From an uncultured Eubacteriales bacterium (GTDB lineage: Bacteria > Acidobacteriota > Aminicenantia > Aminicenantales > Aminicenantaceae): a stretch of 55,517 nucleotides of DNA. The translations under genes were made by a program, and so were the position numbers. Location of the stretch: contig CAYFXE010000006.1 in assembly GCA_964347035.1 (NCBI GenBank), positions 30,096-85,612 on the forward strand, read 5' to 3'. Below are positions 16,816-26,520 of this stretch, one piece after another; the stretch's first letter is position 1, and each line of letters opens with the position of its first letter. The notes under the pieces are model-generated. The model was not told the origin of the DNA, searched no databases, and saw only the letters and a list, made by a program, of their open reading frames with translations.

Positions 16816-17727
16816 ATGTATATTGGCGTGGATTTCTTGATCGACGAAAATCTGACGCTATTTTTAAGCGAGGTTAATACAGGTGTGCCGGGTGGTGCTT
16901 CGGAATATGACCTCGTTCATCGGTTAAAATACGGCCAACCTTCTGGAATTTTTGACAGGATTAACTCACTATCGAGAAAAAATTTTGGGAAATATTTTTA
17001 TGACTATATCAACAGTCTTCCTAGTATGGACGACCTACGGGCCTTAAAAATCTGGATGGATGGCAAAGGTTCACTGCCCAGAAATCCAGCACCAGCCCTG
17101 AGGCTTGAGGATAAGTGGATCCAGTACTTTCTTCTTTATCAGGATTACCCAATGATCCCCACCCAAATTTATGATCGGGAGAATCTGGAAGATATCCAGA
17201 ATCTATTCAGACAGGGAAATCCGTTCGTACTGAAAAAGAGACTGGGAAGAGGGGGAAAAGGATTCAGGCTGATCGAGAATATCTCTGAACTCAGAAACCT
17301 TGATCTTGAAAGAAGCTTCTACCTCATCCAGCCTTATGTGAAAAGTCAAATCGGCACCTATAAGCTTTCGTTGAGAGGAACCGCCTTTGTCGGTGAATTT
17401 CTCTGCATGTTTGCCAACCTCAGCCCGAAGATCACCTCCAACCACGGATTTCGATTCTACATCTCTTCTGGGGATGATCTCCGTGTCTCGGATGAAAATT
17501 TTAAAACCAGGAGAATTGTCCAGAAGGCATGGGAGGCAGATATTTTTTTTAAAGGCGACATCCCTGCTTACCTCTACGACAATGTCTACATAGAGGACAT
17601 TGCTGAGGCAGAGCTTATCATCCCCCAGTCCATCTACGAGACGGTCAAGAAAATGGTTTCATCGATCAGCCGGCTGTACATGGATTTAGATTTTAATTCC
17701 TTACCCAAATCTTGTATTGAAGGGTAA
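16816..17727 (+). CDS. ATP-grasp-like protein with apparently permuted motif order
   Basis: 'IGVDFLIDENLTLFLSEVNTGVPGG' is normally the C-terminal Mg-ATP strand carrying E-x-N, but here it is at residues 3-27. 'EDKWIQYFLL...IPTQIY', 'PFVLKKRLGRGGKGFRLI' and 'YLIQPYV' are normally N-terminal or central, but here lie at residues 99-185. Confidence 0.5.
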   Translation: MYIGVDFLIDENLTLFLSEVNTGVPGGASEYDLVHRLKYGQPSGIFDRINSLSRKNFGKYFYDYINSLPSMDDLRALKIWMDGKGSLPRNPAPALRLEDKWIQYFLLYQDYPMIPTQIYDRENLEDIQNLFRQGNPFVLKKRLGRGGKGFRLIENISELRNLDLERSFYLIQPYVKSQIGTYKLSLRGTAFVGEFLCMFANLSPKITSNHGFRFYISSGDDLRVSDENFKTRRIVQKAWEADIFFKGDIPAYLYDNVYIEDIAEAELIIPQSIYETVKKMVSSISRLYMDLDFNSLPKSCIEG

Positions 17728-17739
17728 AGATCGCCGCTG

Positions 17740-19014
17740 TTAAGAAGCGTCGGCCATGGCTTGGGCTTCTTTTGTCGGCAGTTCTAAACCTAGCTTCAGC
17801 TTTTTATCCGCACCTAGGAGCAGTAGCGAGAAGATAAGACCCAAGAATCCTAGCGAAGCAAACATCAATTCCATGTTGGTGTAATCACCGCCAGAGGCAT
17901 CCACAACCTTCCCCGCGAGATACGGAAATAGGGTTAGCCCGAACATCTGGACCCAGGCAATAATCCCGAAGGCTGTCCCGAGAAATTTTTCTTTGACGAG
18001 GATGGGTACAGCCGGCCAGAGGGCGGCTGGAACAAGCGAAAAGGAGATGCCAAGCATGATGAAAGAAACAGCCGGATGGAGATATGTCAGCCCGAGCAAC
18101 AGGTGGGCCGGTACGATCAATAAAGATCCGATGATCATGATCTTCCCTCTATATCCAAGCTTATCAACCAAGAGGCCGAGGAGCGGCGTGAAAATCATAG
18201 AGGCCGTCATGATGAGTGATGTGTACAGGCCTCCCTTGGCCGCTGTCATCCCGAATTTCATCTGCATAAACCGAGGTGCATGGTTGGCAAACGGAAAAAT
18301 AGCCGAATAAAACGTCACACACAGGAAGCAGATAAACCAGAATGCGGCGTTCAGCTTGAATATATCGCCGACCACTATCTTTTCCTCTGTTCCGGCCTTA
18401 ATCGCTTTATCCACATCCCTATCTATCATTAGGTAAGCGAGAAAAAGGATGAAGGAGACGAACATGATGATCGTACTCGTCCAAACCGACCAGCGCCACG
18501 TGCCGGTCGCGTCGGCTATCTGGGCAGACGTGTTCATAGCCAGGACGGTTCCAAGCCTCATGACCGTGATATTCAGGCCAAAGGCAAACCCCAATTCCTT
18601 ACCTTTAAACCAACGGGATATGACCTTATTCGTCACCAGGAGAGTGGCTTCTGAGCCGAATCCGTAGACCATCCGGCCGATGAGCATGATGATAAACGAC
18701 TTTCCCGCCCCAAGGGAAGTGATGAGGGAACCGAGCAGGATAAGAAAAACGTAAAAAGTTCCGGCTTTCCTAATCCCCAAGCGATCGAGGAGAAAACCCG
18801 CCACGATAAGCAGAAAGAAAAGATTTGGCAAGCCGTAGAGCGAAAAGAGCAGTCCAAATTTGGCATTATCGATGCCCATTGACTGCTGGATATATTCATT
18901 AATCGGGCTCAGGGCATCGTAAATGTAATACGAGCCGAACATGACCAGGCTGACCACAAGAAGGATCAACCAGCGCCACCAGTGCTTGACATCTCGATCT
19001 GTGGAGTTAGTCAT
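17740..19014 (-). CDS. MFS transporter
   Basis: It has about 12 hydrophobic helices. 'GFLLDRLGIRK' resembles the MFS loop 2-3 motif. Confidence 0.85.
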   Translation of the reverse strand: MTNSTDRDVKHWWRWLILLVVSLVMFGSYYIYDALSPINEYIQQSMGIDNAKFGLLFSLYGLPNLFFLLIVAGFLLDRLGIRKAGTFYVFLILLGSLITSLGAGKSFIIMLIGRMVYGFGSEATLLVTNKVISRWFKGKELGFAFGLNITVMRLGTVLAMNTSAQIADATGTWRWSVWTSTIIMFVSFILFLAYLMIDRDVDKAIKAGTEEKIVVGDIFKLNAAFWFICFLCVTFYSAIFPFANHAPRFMQMKFGMTAAKGGLYTSLIMTASMIFTPLLGLLVDKLGYRGKIMIIGSLLIVPAHLLLGLTYLHPAVSFIMLGISFSLVPAALWPAVPILVKEKFLGTAFGIIAWVQMFGLTLFPYLAGKVVDASGGDYTNMELMFASLGFLGLIFSLLLLGADKKLKLGLELPTKEAQAMADAS

Positions 19015-19424
19015 TCAATGTCTCCTTCTTGATGAAAATTTGGACTATCTAACAACAGGTACAATGAAAAAAGTATCATAGCACAGAGTCACGCCAATCC
19101 CAAGGAATTACCAAAAAGTCAAAAATAGAGAGAGTCCCATTTTTTAACACTTGTCATTCATAAAGGACATCTAAGGAACTTCCCTCTTAGGGGAAAATAG
19201 AGCAATACGGATTGGCATGATTATTGCTCGAACTGTCTTTGTCCTGTAAAGCATTATCCATGCATGACAAGATAAAGAGAGAAAAGTAACACTTTTTCCT
19301 TTATTTCGTTTTTAATCAATAGGAAGGTCATGTTTTACAGAAACTACGAAGGACGAATATGGAAAAATGATCAGGAATTTTTTTTAAAACGTCAGAATAA
19401 CATCACTTATCTAAGGAGGTACAC

Positions 19425-20327
19425 ATGAAAAAAAAATACATTTTTGTTTCCCTCACAATCCTAGGCATATTTCTTTTTATAGCTTCTGCCCAGCCCCAAG
19501 ACAGCCTCCAGAAGTTCAGTCTGAAGTTATCAGGCGGATACGGGAACTCCACCGGCGGAGATATGGATGATTTCATCAACGATTTGAATTCTGAGATTAC
19601 AGATCTCGCATCTGTACTTATACTATCTCAAACAGGCGAATTGAAAAGGGCCAATTGGGGCTTTGATATGGAAGCAGAGATCGTCTTCCATCTCTCTGAC
19701 AATTTTGGAGTGGGCTTAGGCGTTGGACGCATGAGAAGAACTGAAAACAGCATGTCCGAGCTCTCTCTCCTGGCTCCTTTGATGCGGGTATCCATATCCT
19801 GGAATCCAGAATACACGGTGATTCCTATAAGTCTTACCGGTTATTACACTTTGCCGCTTGCCAACAGGATAAACGTCTTTTTTAAGGCAGGAATCGGGTA
19901 TTATGCAGCGAAGGTTAAATTTCTACTGCGGCAAGAATTCGAATCGTTTTTTGATCAAACTGGATGGGAATTATCAGACGGCGAAGCCACAGACAGCAAT
20001 ATCGGATTTCATGGTGGTCTTGGGTTTGAGTTTGACGTCACGGAGTCCTTTGCTCTCGTTGCCGAAGGATCGGGAAGATATGTCCGATTTAACGACTGGG
20101 ATGTCGAAAACGTTTCTACCGGTTCCTTTGAAAGAAGACAGATAGAAAGAGGAACATTCTGGGCTGCGGAAGAATTCAATGGGTTGACTGGAAAATATTA
20201 TTTAGGCCTGGAATTATCAGAACAAAAGCCAAACCTCCCAGGAACGAGGAATGTGAGGAAAGCCGAAATCGGTTTTTCGGGATTCTCTTTTCGTATCGGG
20301 GTAAAAATTAGATTTGGAAAATCATGA
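19425..20327 (+). CDS. Outer-membrane beta-barrel protein (porin/OmpA-like barrel)
   Basis: RBS is aaggagg, and there is a signal peptide (FVSLTILGIFLFIASAQP). Alternating aromatic/Gly beta-strand patterns are present ('GFHGGLGFEFDV', 'FSFRIGVKIRF'). Confidence 0.7.
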   Translation: MKKKYIFVSLTILGIFLFIASAQPQDSLQKFSLKLSGGYGNSTGGDMDDFINDLNSEITDLASVLILSQTGELKRANWGFDMEAEIVFHLSDNFGVGLGVGRMRRTENSMSELSLLAPLMRVSISWNPEYTVIPISLTGYYTLPLANRINVFFKAGIGYYAAKVKFLLRQEFESFFDQTGWELSDGEATDSNIGFHGGLGFEFDVTESFALVAEGSGRYVRFNDWDVENVSTGSFERRQIERGTFWAAEEFNGLTGKYYLGLELSEQKPNLPGTRNVRKAEIGFSGFSFRIGVKIRFGKS

Positions 20328-20354
20328 CGAAAAAAGGGGAATTATCCTCTTTTT

Positions 20355-21140
20355 TTATTCTTTTTTGGGCTGGCTCAGGGAAAATCGTAACCCGGTCCAA
20401 GTGGCATCGATAGAACAGACTTTAAAATCCACCAGACCGGCCGCCAGACCGACTTGCCGCACGACGGGTTGCGAAAGATCGGTTTCCACCCCTGGGGCTT
20501 TCTTAGGCCAGACAATCCAGAGCCCGCCCTTTTTAGCCTGACCTGTCATCTGGCAAATTCGGCTTTCAAGAGTGCTTCGAGACGTGATAAACCAGATAGT
20601 CAAATCAGCTCGGCCCGTCGCAGACTTGCGAAAAACAACTCCTTTCGGCAGTTTTCCGAGTGTCTCTTTAAAATTCTTAGGAGCATTGACTAGGGCCACG
20701 ATCGAATCAGCTTTTATCCCGAGCTTCTTGGCTAGAGGAGTCCCGGAATACGGGTCAAAGACCGTGCTCGGCACCACAGGATCCTGGAGTGGGTGCAAAA
20801 TGGCTTCTTTCAAAGAACTTTTGATATTCCTCCAGTCGGTGTGTGTGGCATCAGGCAAGAGCTCTTTGATGCGGGAAACTTTTTCCGGATCCCCCTCGAC
20901 AAAAACCAAAGGCACCTGTCGCAATGGCTTGGACATTCGGATAGCCAGAGCCACATCTCGACCGTGGGAAGGCATCCGCGACAGATCGATCACAACTGCG
21001 GCAGGAGGGTTATCCTTCATTTTGCGCAGGGCATCTCGATCAAACGCTTCGCTTATCACATCGTAACCAAGAACTTGAAGCCTCTTTGCCCTTTCTTCAG
21101 CTTCCTGTCTTTTCCAGTGAATCAGACGGATGTCATTCAT
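20355..21140 (-). CDS. Receiver-like N-terminal domain fused to a DUF3052-like domain
   Basis: The N-terminal approximately 110 aa have a CheY-like alternation ('AAVVIDLSRMPSHGRDVALAIR', 'PLVFVEG'). The C-terminal part, 'PLAKKLGIK...VALVNAP...ADLTIWF...GGLWIVWPKK', resembles DUF3052 (from memory). Confidence 0.55.
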   Translation of the reverse strand: MNDIRLIHWKRQEAEERAKRLQVLGYDVISEAFDRDALRKMKDNPPAAVVIDLSRMPSHGRDVALAIRMSKPLRQVPLVFVEGDPEKVSRIKELLPDATHTDWRNIKSSLKEAILHPLQDPVVPSTVFDPYSGTPLAKKLGIKADSIVALVNAPKNFKETLGKLPKGVVFRKSATGRADLTIWFITSRSTLESRICQMTGQAKKGGLWIVWPKKAPGVETDLSQPVVRQVGLAAGLVDFKVCSIDATWTGLRFSLSQPKKE

Positions 21141-21156
21141 TGGGAAACGTCCCCAA

Positions 21157-21564
21157 TCATCCCGGTATCTCCGTTCTTGTGATTTTGGCTACGACTCCGG
21201 CCTCACTCGGATCAGGACATCGAATGTACTCTGTCGTGACTCCGTTCTTATTGATGACTTTCTCGTAGGGAGTCCCTGGATAAAGCCAGGGTAAGGTCCC
21301 TCCGTATTGGAGGACCCGAATGGCAGCGTTCATGCTGTCCTGGAGCCAATGACAAACCTTGCCTCTGTCTTCAGGATACTTAAATTTCTCTCCTCCCTTA
21401 TAACATCTTGTTTTTTTGCCCACCTCATAAATTTCGACCTCAATCTTGTACCTCTTCCTCTTCGGAGGCGGAGGGGGTTCCTGACTCGCAGCCACCGCTG
21501 CTCCGGCGGCCAGGATTCCAGCCATCCCGCAGCTTGTTTTTTCGATAAATTCTCTTCTCTTCAT
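21157..21564 (-). CDS. TIGR04076-like small Cys protein with a Tat signal peptide
   Basis: It has the twin-arginine motif 'KRREFIEK' plus an h-region 'GMAGILAAGAAVAAS'. The mature part 'CYKGGEKFKY...VCHWL...YGGTLPW...IRCPDP' resembles the TIGR04076 family (from memory). Confidence 0.55.
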   Translation of the reverse strand: MKRREFIEKTSCGMAGILAAGAAVAASQEPPPPPKRKRYKIEVEIYEVGKKTRCYKGGEKFKYPEDRGKVCHWLQDSMNAAIRVLQYGGTLPWLYPGTPYEKVINKNGVTTEYIRCPDPSEAGVVAKITRTEIPG

Positions 21565-21831
21565 TACTCCTCCTAATCAATCGTTTGAGGCACGTAAATC
21601 TTGCCCTGTATCCTACCACATTAAATCCAGTTTATTAACATTATTTTAGGTTTACATGCGAGGTATCTTATAGCGGCTTTAATTCCTTGATTCATCATTT
21701 CTTAGAACTTCCTTCTGGAACATCTCCCGTTGTAATAATCCTTAAAAACTATTAGTTGTCATTAACAAGATAATGTTTTATAGACTTAAACTAATTAAAA
21801 GAATCCTCGGACCACAATAAAGGAGGTAATT

Positions 21832-22449
21832 ATGAAGTCCAAAATTTTGACGCTATCGGTAATCCTCTTTATGATGATCCTCGTCACCTGCAAGGGCCCC
21901 GCTGAAGAACCTGTTGAACAAGCGGAAAAAGCTACGGAACAAGTTATTGAAAAGGTAGCTTTGCGTAGCCAGCCAGCAGAACTCTCACCGGAAGAAGTTC
22001 TCCAGATGATCAGAGACAAAGGTTTCCATTGTCCCGGCGAAAACATCAAAGGTACTTTCAGCCATCAATACGAGGTCCAAACGCTTAACGGCCAGAAAGT
22101 GGTCGTGGACCAGGACACGGGACTTATGTGGCAGCAGGCCGAGTCATCAAGAATGACATGGCGGGAAGTTGAAGCATATGTCGAACAATGCAACGCCGAT
22201 CAATTCGCCGGTTTTTCGGATTGGCGGCTGCCGACAGTCGAAGAATCGGCCTCGCTCCTGGAATCGAAAAAAAAGAATGGAAATTTTATCGACCCTATAT
22301 TTCAAAAAGACTTACTGGGCACATGGACGTCCGATACAGTGACAGATGCGTTTGCCGGGGCCTGGTTTGTCGATTTCGCCGGAGGAAAGCCGGCTGATGG
22401 AAACCGTGCCGCCGGAATGGGCCACGCTCGATTAGTGCGCTCTTTTTAA
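21832..22449 (+). CDS. DUF1566 (Lcl C-terminal-like) lipoprotein
   Basis: RBS is aaggagg and the lipobox is 'LVTC'. Hallmark motifs are 'DQDTGLMWQQ', 'TWREVEAYVEQCN' and 'GFSDWRLPTVEE'. Confidence 0.8.
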   Translation: MKSKILTLSVILFMMILVTCKGPAEEPVEQAEKATEQVIEKVALRSQPAELSPEEVLQMIRDKGFHCPGENIKGTFSHQYEVQTLNGQKVVVDQDTGLMWQQAESSRMTWREVEAYVEQCNADQFAGFSDWRLPTVEESASLLESKKKNGNFIDPIFQKDLLGTWTSDTVTDAFAGAWFVDFAGGKPADGNRAAGMGHARLVRSF

Positions 22450-22534
22450 AAGCCTCGACGATTCAAATCAAATCGGTACTTTCCATTTGATGTAAATGTT
22501 CGATTTTCTAGATAGGTGTGCACAAGCCAGAATC

Positions 22535-23197
22535 CTACCTCTCCAGAACCCGCATTCTCCAAATCCAGATGATCAGGATGAGCACGGCGGATATAACTCT
22601 CAGGGCAGAAGAAGTCGTAAGGAAATCAAACAAGCCATGAGTGACTGCCGCAAATAAAAGACCTACGAGAGAGGCTCTGAGAAGCGATTTATCGAGAATC
22701 CGGGCCATACCACAGGTGTATCCCCAGATAGAAGAAAAAATGGTGTGAGTTAAAGGAGAGGCGAATGCCCGCCCTAAAAACTCAAGCCCCTCCATATATC
22801 TTAAGTACCAAAGATTTTCAAAGCTGGCGAATCCCAGGGCAATCGTCGAAGCATAGATAATGCCATCTGTTTTTTCGTCGATGGATTTAAACCTCATGAT
22901 GATAAGAATGAAAGGCAAAAATTTAAATGCTTCCTCTAATACTCCGATTACACCAACACTGTAACCAAGAAATTGAATCCGGTGACTCTCCATCAATGCG
23001 CTAGGATCTTCGGGGATTCCTATAAGGGGGAGCAGTTTAAAGAATTGAAAACAGAGGAATCCTGAAAAGATACCCAGTATATAGGCCGTCCCGATGTATT
23101 TAAAAGGCTCTGGCTTAAACCGATCCTTGTAGTAAAAATAGCCGATCCAGAAAAGGGCTGGAGCCAAAATCCCAGATAGAAAAATCCAGAGTGTCAT
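22535..23197 (-). CDS. PrsW-family intramembrane metalloprotease
   Basis: It is a multi-pass membrane protein carrying 'GVLEEAFKFLP' (EExxK) and 'THGLFDF' (HxxxD). Confidence 0.8.
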   Translation of the reverse strand: MTLWIFLSGILAPALFWIGYFYYKDRFKPEPFKYIGTAYILGIFSGFLCFQFFKLLPLIGIPEDPSALMESHRIQFLGYSVGVIGVLEEAFKFLPFILIIMRFKSIDEKTDGIIYASTIALGFASFENLWYLRYMEGLEFLGRAFASPLTHTIFSSIWGYTCGMARILDKSLLRASLVGLLFAAVTHGLFDFLTTSSALRVISAVLILIIWIWRMRVLER

Positions 23198-23375
23198 CTA
23201 CATTCGATAGAAATTATTCTTTGATCATCATTTAATCAAATTTTTTGTCACCTTTAAAGATAAAATTGATAATAGCATTAATCTTGAGAATGTTTACAAC
23301 CATTTTCTCCTGACCACGTATTTAGGAGTGAAAATATCTATCTTTATATTAAACATTATCATACGGAGATTAAGA

Positions 23376-25019
23376 ATGAATAAAATCATCAAAAACTCTG
23401 TCTGGCTAATCACCTTCATCGGATTTTTATTAGCAGGCAATCAAATCCTATCCCAAGAAACAGCTCCGCTAAAAACAGGAGTGGATCAGAAGGCATTAAT
23501 CTCAAAACTGGATAAAGCCATCCCGGACTTGATAAAAAAAGGCGATGTGCCTGGGCTGTCTATCGCTGTCATACGGGACGGAAAAATCATCTGGTCGGGT
23601 GCTTACGGAATCAAGAACATCAAAACCGGAGAACCGGTGACCGAGGAAACCATTTTCGAAGCGGCCTCTCTCACCAAACCCTTCTTTGCCTACCTGGTGA
23701 TGAAATTGGTTGAAGCGGGTGATTTGGACCTAGACAGGCCGCTTTTCGAGTATGTCCCCGAGGAATACCTCGTGGAAAAATACATAGCCCACCCCATAGA
23801 TCTTGAAGGCTTCAAAAGCGATTGGTTCCGGACGATAACCGCCCGGATGGTGCTCAGCCATTCCTCCGGTCTCCCCCACGGCGGCCCCCGAAAGCCTCTT
23901 CGAATCTATTTTGAGCCGGGAACCAAATACCGCTACTCGGCAGACGGCTACATGTTCCTCCAGAGAGTCATAGAGCATCTCAAAGGGGAATCCCTCAGCG
24001 AAACCATGAAGAAGATGGTGATTGAACCGCTGGCGATGACAAACAGCAGCATGGTCTGGCAGGAACGCTACGAAATCCAGTCATCAGTGGGCCACAATGT
24101 TTTTGGCGACACGACCGGCAAATTCAGGAAAAGGATGAAGGCCCATTCCGCAGCCAGCCTGTACACAACGGCCAAGGATTATGCGAAGTTCGTCATAGCC
24201 GTGTTGAATGATGTCGGGCTTAAGAGAGAAACCATCGCCAACATGCTCACTCCCCAGATTGATGTCGAAAAGAACGTTTACTGGAGCCTCGGATTTGGCA
24301 TCCAGCGGACGGCAAACGGTGATGGGTTCTGGCAGTGGGGCGATTACGGCATATTCCGGAATTACATCGTTGCCTACAAAAAACATAAAATCGGCGTCGT
24401 CTATTTTACAAACAGCTTTAACGGATTGAGCATCGGTCCCAACATTGTCGAGCTTGCTATCGGCGGTGGCCAGGACCTCGGTCTTTCCTATTTGGATTAT
24501 GCCCGCTACGATGCTCCCATAATGCTTTGGTCGAGGGTTATAAAAACCGAGGGTGTGGAGAAAGCCATTGAACTCTTTCCTGAGATGAGAGAAAAATATC
24601 CAGATGACATCGATGAAGGAACCGTTAATACGCTCGGATACACCCTCTTAAACTCCGGTCGGAATGAAGACGCTATAAAATTCTTTAAGCTCAACGTCAA
24701 GACCTTCCCCGAATCAGCCAACACATACGACAGCCTGGCCGAAGCCTACATGAGAACCGGAGAAACAGAGCTGGCCATAAAGTTCTACAATAAGACTCTG
24801 GAAATGATCCCCAAAGATACTATGCGGGATACAGCCTTCCTGGAAAGGCTTAAGAAAAGCGCTGAAGAGAATCTGAAACGACTCAAGAAGAGACTGGAGA
24901 AGGAAAAAAAGAAAGTAAAGAAAAAGGGTGAAGGGAAAAAGCACAGTAAAGGCAATATTCCCGGCAGCTCTGGACTCGCATATTTTTTTCGGGTATTGTT
25001 GAAAGAGCAGGGAGAGTAA
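23376..25019 (+). CDS. Serine hydrolase (beta-lactamase fold) with TPR and a Lys-rich tail
   Basis: It has the S-x-x-K motif 'ASLTKPF' and 'YSADGY' (the Y-x-N position region). The TPR tail reads 'YDSLAEAYMRTGETELAIKFYNKTLEMIP'. I prefer the start at 23376 (MNKIIK, signal peptide) over the track start at 23328. Confidence 0.85.
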   Translation: MNKIIKNSVWLITFIGFLLAGNQILSQETAPLKTGVDQKALISKLDKAIPDLIKKGDVPGLSIAVIRDGKIIWSGAYGIKNIKTGEPVTEETIFEAASLTKPFFAYLVMKLVEAGDLDLDRPLFEYVPEEYLVEKYIAHPIDLEGFKSDWFRTITARMVLSHSSGLPHGGPRKPLRIYFEPGTKYRYSADGYMFLQRVIEHLKGESLSETMKKMVIEPLAMTNSSMVWQERYEIQSSVGHNVFGDTTGKFRKRMKAHSAASLYTTAKDYAKFVIAVLNDVGLKRETIANMLTPQIDVEKNVYWSLGFGIQRTANGDGFWQWGDYGIFRNYIVAYKKHKIGVVYFTNSFNGLSIGPNIVELAIGGGQDLGLSYLDYARYDAPIMLWSRVIKTEGVEKAIELFPEMREKYPDDIDEGTVNTLGYTLLNSGRNEDAIKFFKLNVKTFPESANTYDSLAEAYMRTGETELAIKFYNKTLEMIPKDTMRDTAFLERLKKSAEENLKRLKKRLEKEKKKVKKKGEGKKHSKGNIPGSSGLAYFFRVLLKEQGE

Positions 25020-25021
25020 TT

Positions 25022-26485
25022 ATGTCTAGAAGTCTCTTGAAATTCTGGGGAATCCTGTTCTGCCTTTTTGTCATATTTATCTCGTTCTCACTGAGTTCTC
25101 AAGGAGATGCAACAGGTAAATCGAAGGACAAATGGCAAAAATTCAAAACGCCTGAAGAGGCCGGCTTTTCTTCGGCAAAAATGGAGCTTGCCAGACAATA
25201 CTGGGAAACTTTGAAACCGGCTGCTGCTTCGATTTTCATTGTTTATAAGGGAAAAGTTTTTGTCGCGTGGGGAAGGATAACCTACCCATTCTTATGCCAC
25301 TCCATCAGAAAGAGTTTTCTGAGCGCGTTGTACGGCATTCATGTTGAGGAGGGACATATAGACCTGCAGAAAACCATGGCGCAACTGAATATCGATGATG
25401 CCCCTCCCTTGACGGAGGAAGAAAAACAGGCAAAAGTGATCCATCTGCTCAAAGCCAGGTCAGGCATCTACCATGAGGCTGCCGCCGAAACCCCAGAGAT
25501 GAGGGAGCTCAGGCCTCCCCGGGGAAGCCATCCACCAGGGACATTTTGGTACTACAACAACTGGGATTTCAACGCGCTCGGGACTATATTCGAGCAGGAG
25601 ACCGGGAAGAAGATCTTTGATGATTTCAAAAGAAGAATCGCCAACCCGATAGGTATGCAGGATTTCAAAGTCAGTTATTGTAATTACTATTATGAACTTC
25701 AGTACTCTCTTCATCCGGCCTACATCTTTCGTATGTCAGCCAGAGATAGGGCCCGTTTCGGCCTTCTTTTTCTCCAGGAAGGCCGGTGGAAAAATGAGCA
25801 GCTTATCACCAGACAATGGGTAAAAAAAAGTACTACATCCTATTCAGATGCCTCTTTAGGATATAAAGAACTAGAAGGTCGTGGATACGGATTCATGTGG
25901 TGGACTATGGCTAAAAAAACTCCGATTCTCAAAGATTGGAAGCATCTGGCCAAAGTAGGACGTCTATTTTACGCTGCTGGATATAAGGGGCATGTAATCA
26001 TGATCATGCCTAATCTAGAGATGGTGTTTGTTCAGGTAGTAGACACAGATCAAGGTTTGGAGGTCGAACATCCAGAATCATTCACCCTTATGGATATGAT
26101 TCTTGACGCTAAAGAGTTCGAGATCTTCGACTTGGCTGCTCTCGAGACATGGTTTGGATCCATAACTGTTCCAGCAGGCGGAGAGGTCAATTTGCTGGTA
26201 AAAGTCGAGAACCTGAGTCAAAAAAAATCAAATGCCGCATCAATATCCTTCTATTTTTCAGAAAATGAGGCACTAGACGAAAAAGACATTTTAATAGGCC
26301 ACTCTGGTCTTCCAAGGATAAAAAGCAACAAGAAAAAGGTCGTCATCCTGACTTCCACCCTGCCCCAAACTGTAGATCCTGGAGATTACTACTTGATCGC
26401 AGCTGTTGATGAAGAGGATAAGAATCATGACCCGCATAAAGAAAATAATGTGGCCGTCAGCACGGAGAAAATAACTATCCAATGA
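25022..26485 (+). CDS. Divergent serine hydrolase (beta-lactamase fold) with a C-terminal CARDB-like beta-sandwich
   Basis: It starts 2 nt after the upstream stop and has a signal peptide. A candidate S-x-x-K is 'CHSIRKSF'. The C-terminus 'ITVPAGGEVNLLVKVENLS...DPGDYYLIAAVDEEDK' is CARDB-like. Confidence 0.65.
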   Translation: MSRSLLKFWGILFCLFVIFISFSLSSQGDATGKSKDKWQKFKTPEEAGFSSAKMELARQYWETLKPAAASIFIVYKGKVFVAWGRITYPFLCHSIRKSFLSALYGIHVEEGHIDLQKTMAQLNIDDAPPLTEEEKQAKVIHLLKARSGIYHEAAAETPEMRELRPPRGSHPPGTFWYYNNWDFNALGTIFEQETGKKIFDDFKRRIANPIGMQDFKVSYCNYYYELQYSLHPAYIFRMSARDRARFGLLFLQEGRWKNEQLITRQWVKKSTTSYSDASLGYKELEGRGYGFMWWTMAKKTPILKDWKHLAKVGRLFYAAGYKGHVIMIMPNLEMVFVQVVDTDQGLEVEHPESFTLMDMILDAKEFEIFDLAALETWFGSITVPAGGEVNLLVKVENLSQKKSNAASISFYFSENEALDEKDILIGHSGLPRIKSNKKKVVILTSTLPQTVDPGDYYLIAAVDEEDKNHDPHKENNVAVSTEKITIQ

Positions 26486-26520
26486 ACGAGAGCCAACAAA
26501 GAGGTGCCAGCTCCCCTTTG

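Noticed and set aside
19330-19428. 32-aa upstream ORF (MFYRNYEGRIWKNDQEFFLKRQNNITYLRRYT) whose TGA overlaps the ATG of the barrel-protein gene
   Set aside because: The purine-rich stretch sits only 2 nt from the ATG. The peptide has no distinguishing feature, and a stop-free run of 33 codons is not unlikely by chance. Without conservation data it is not supportable.
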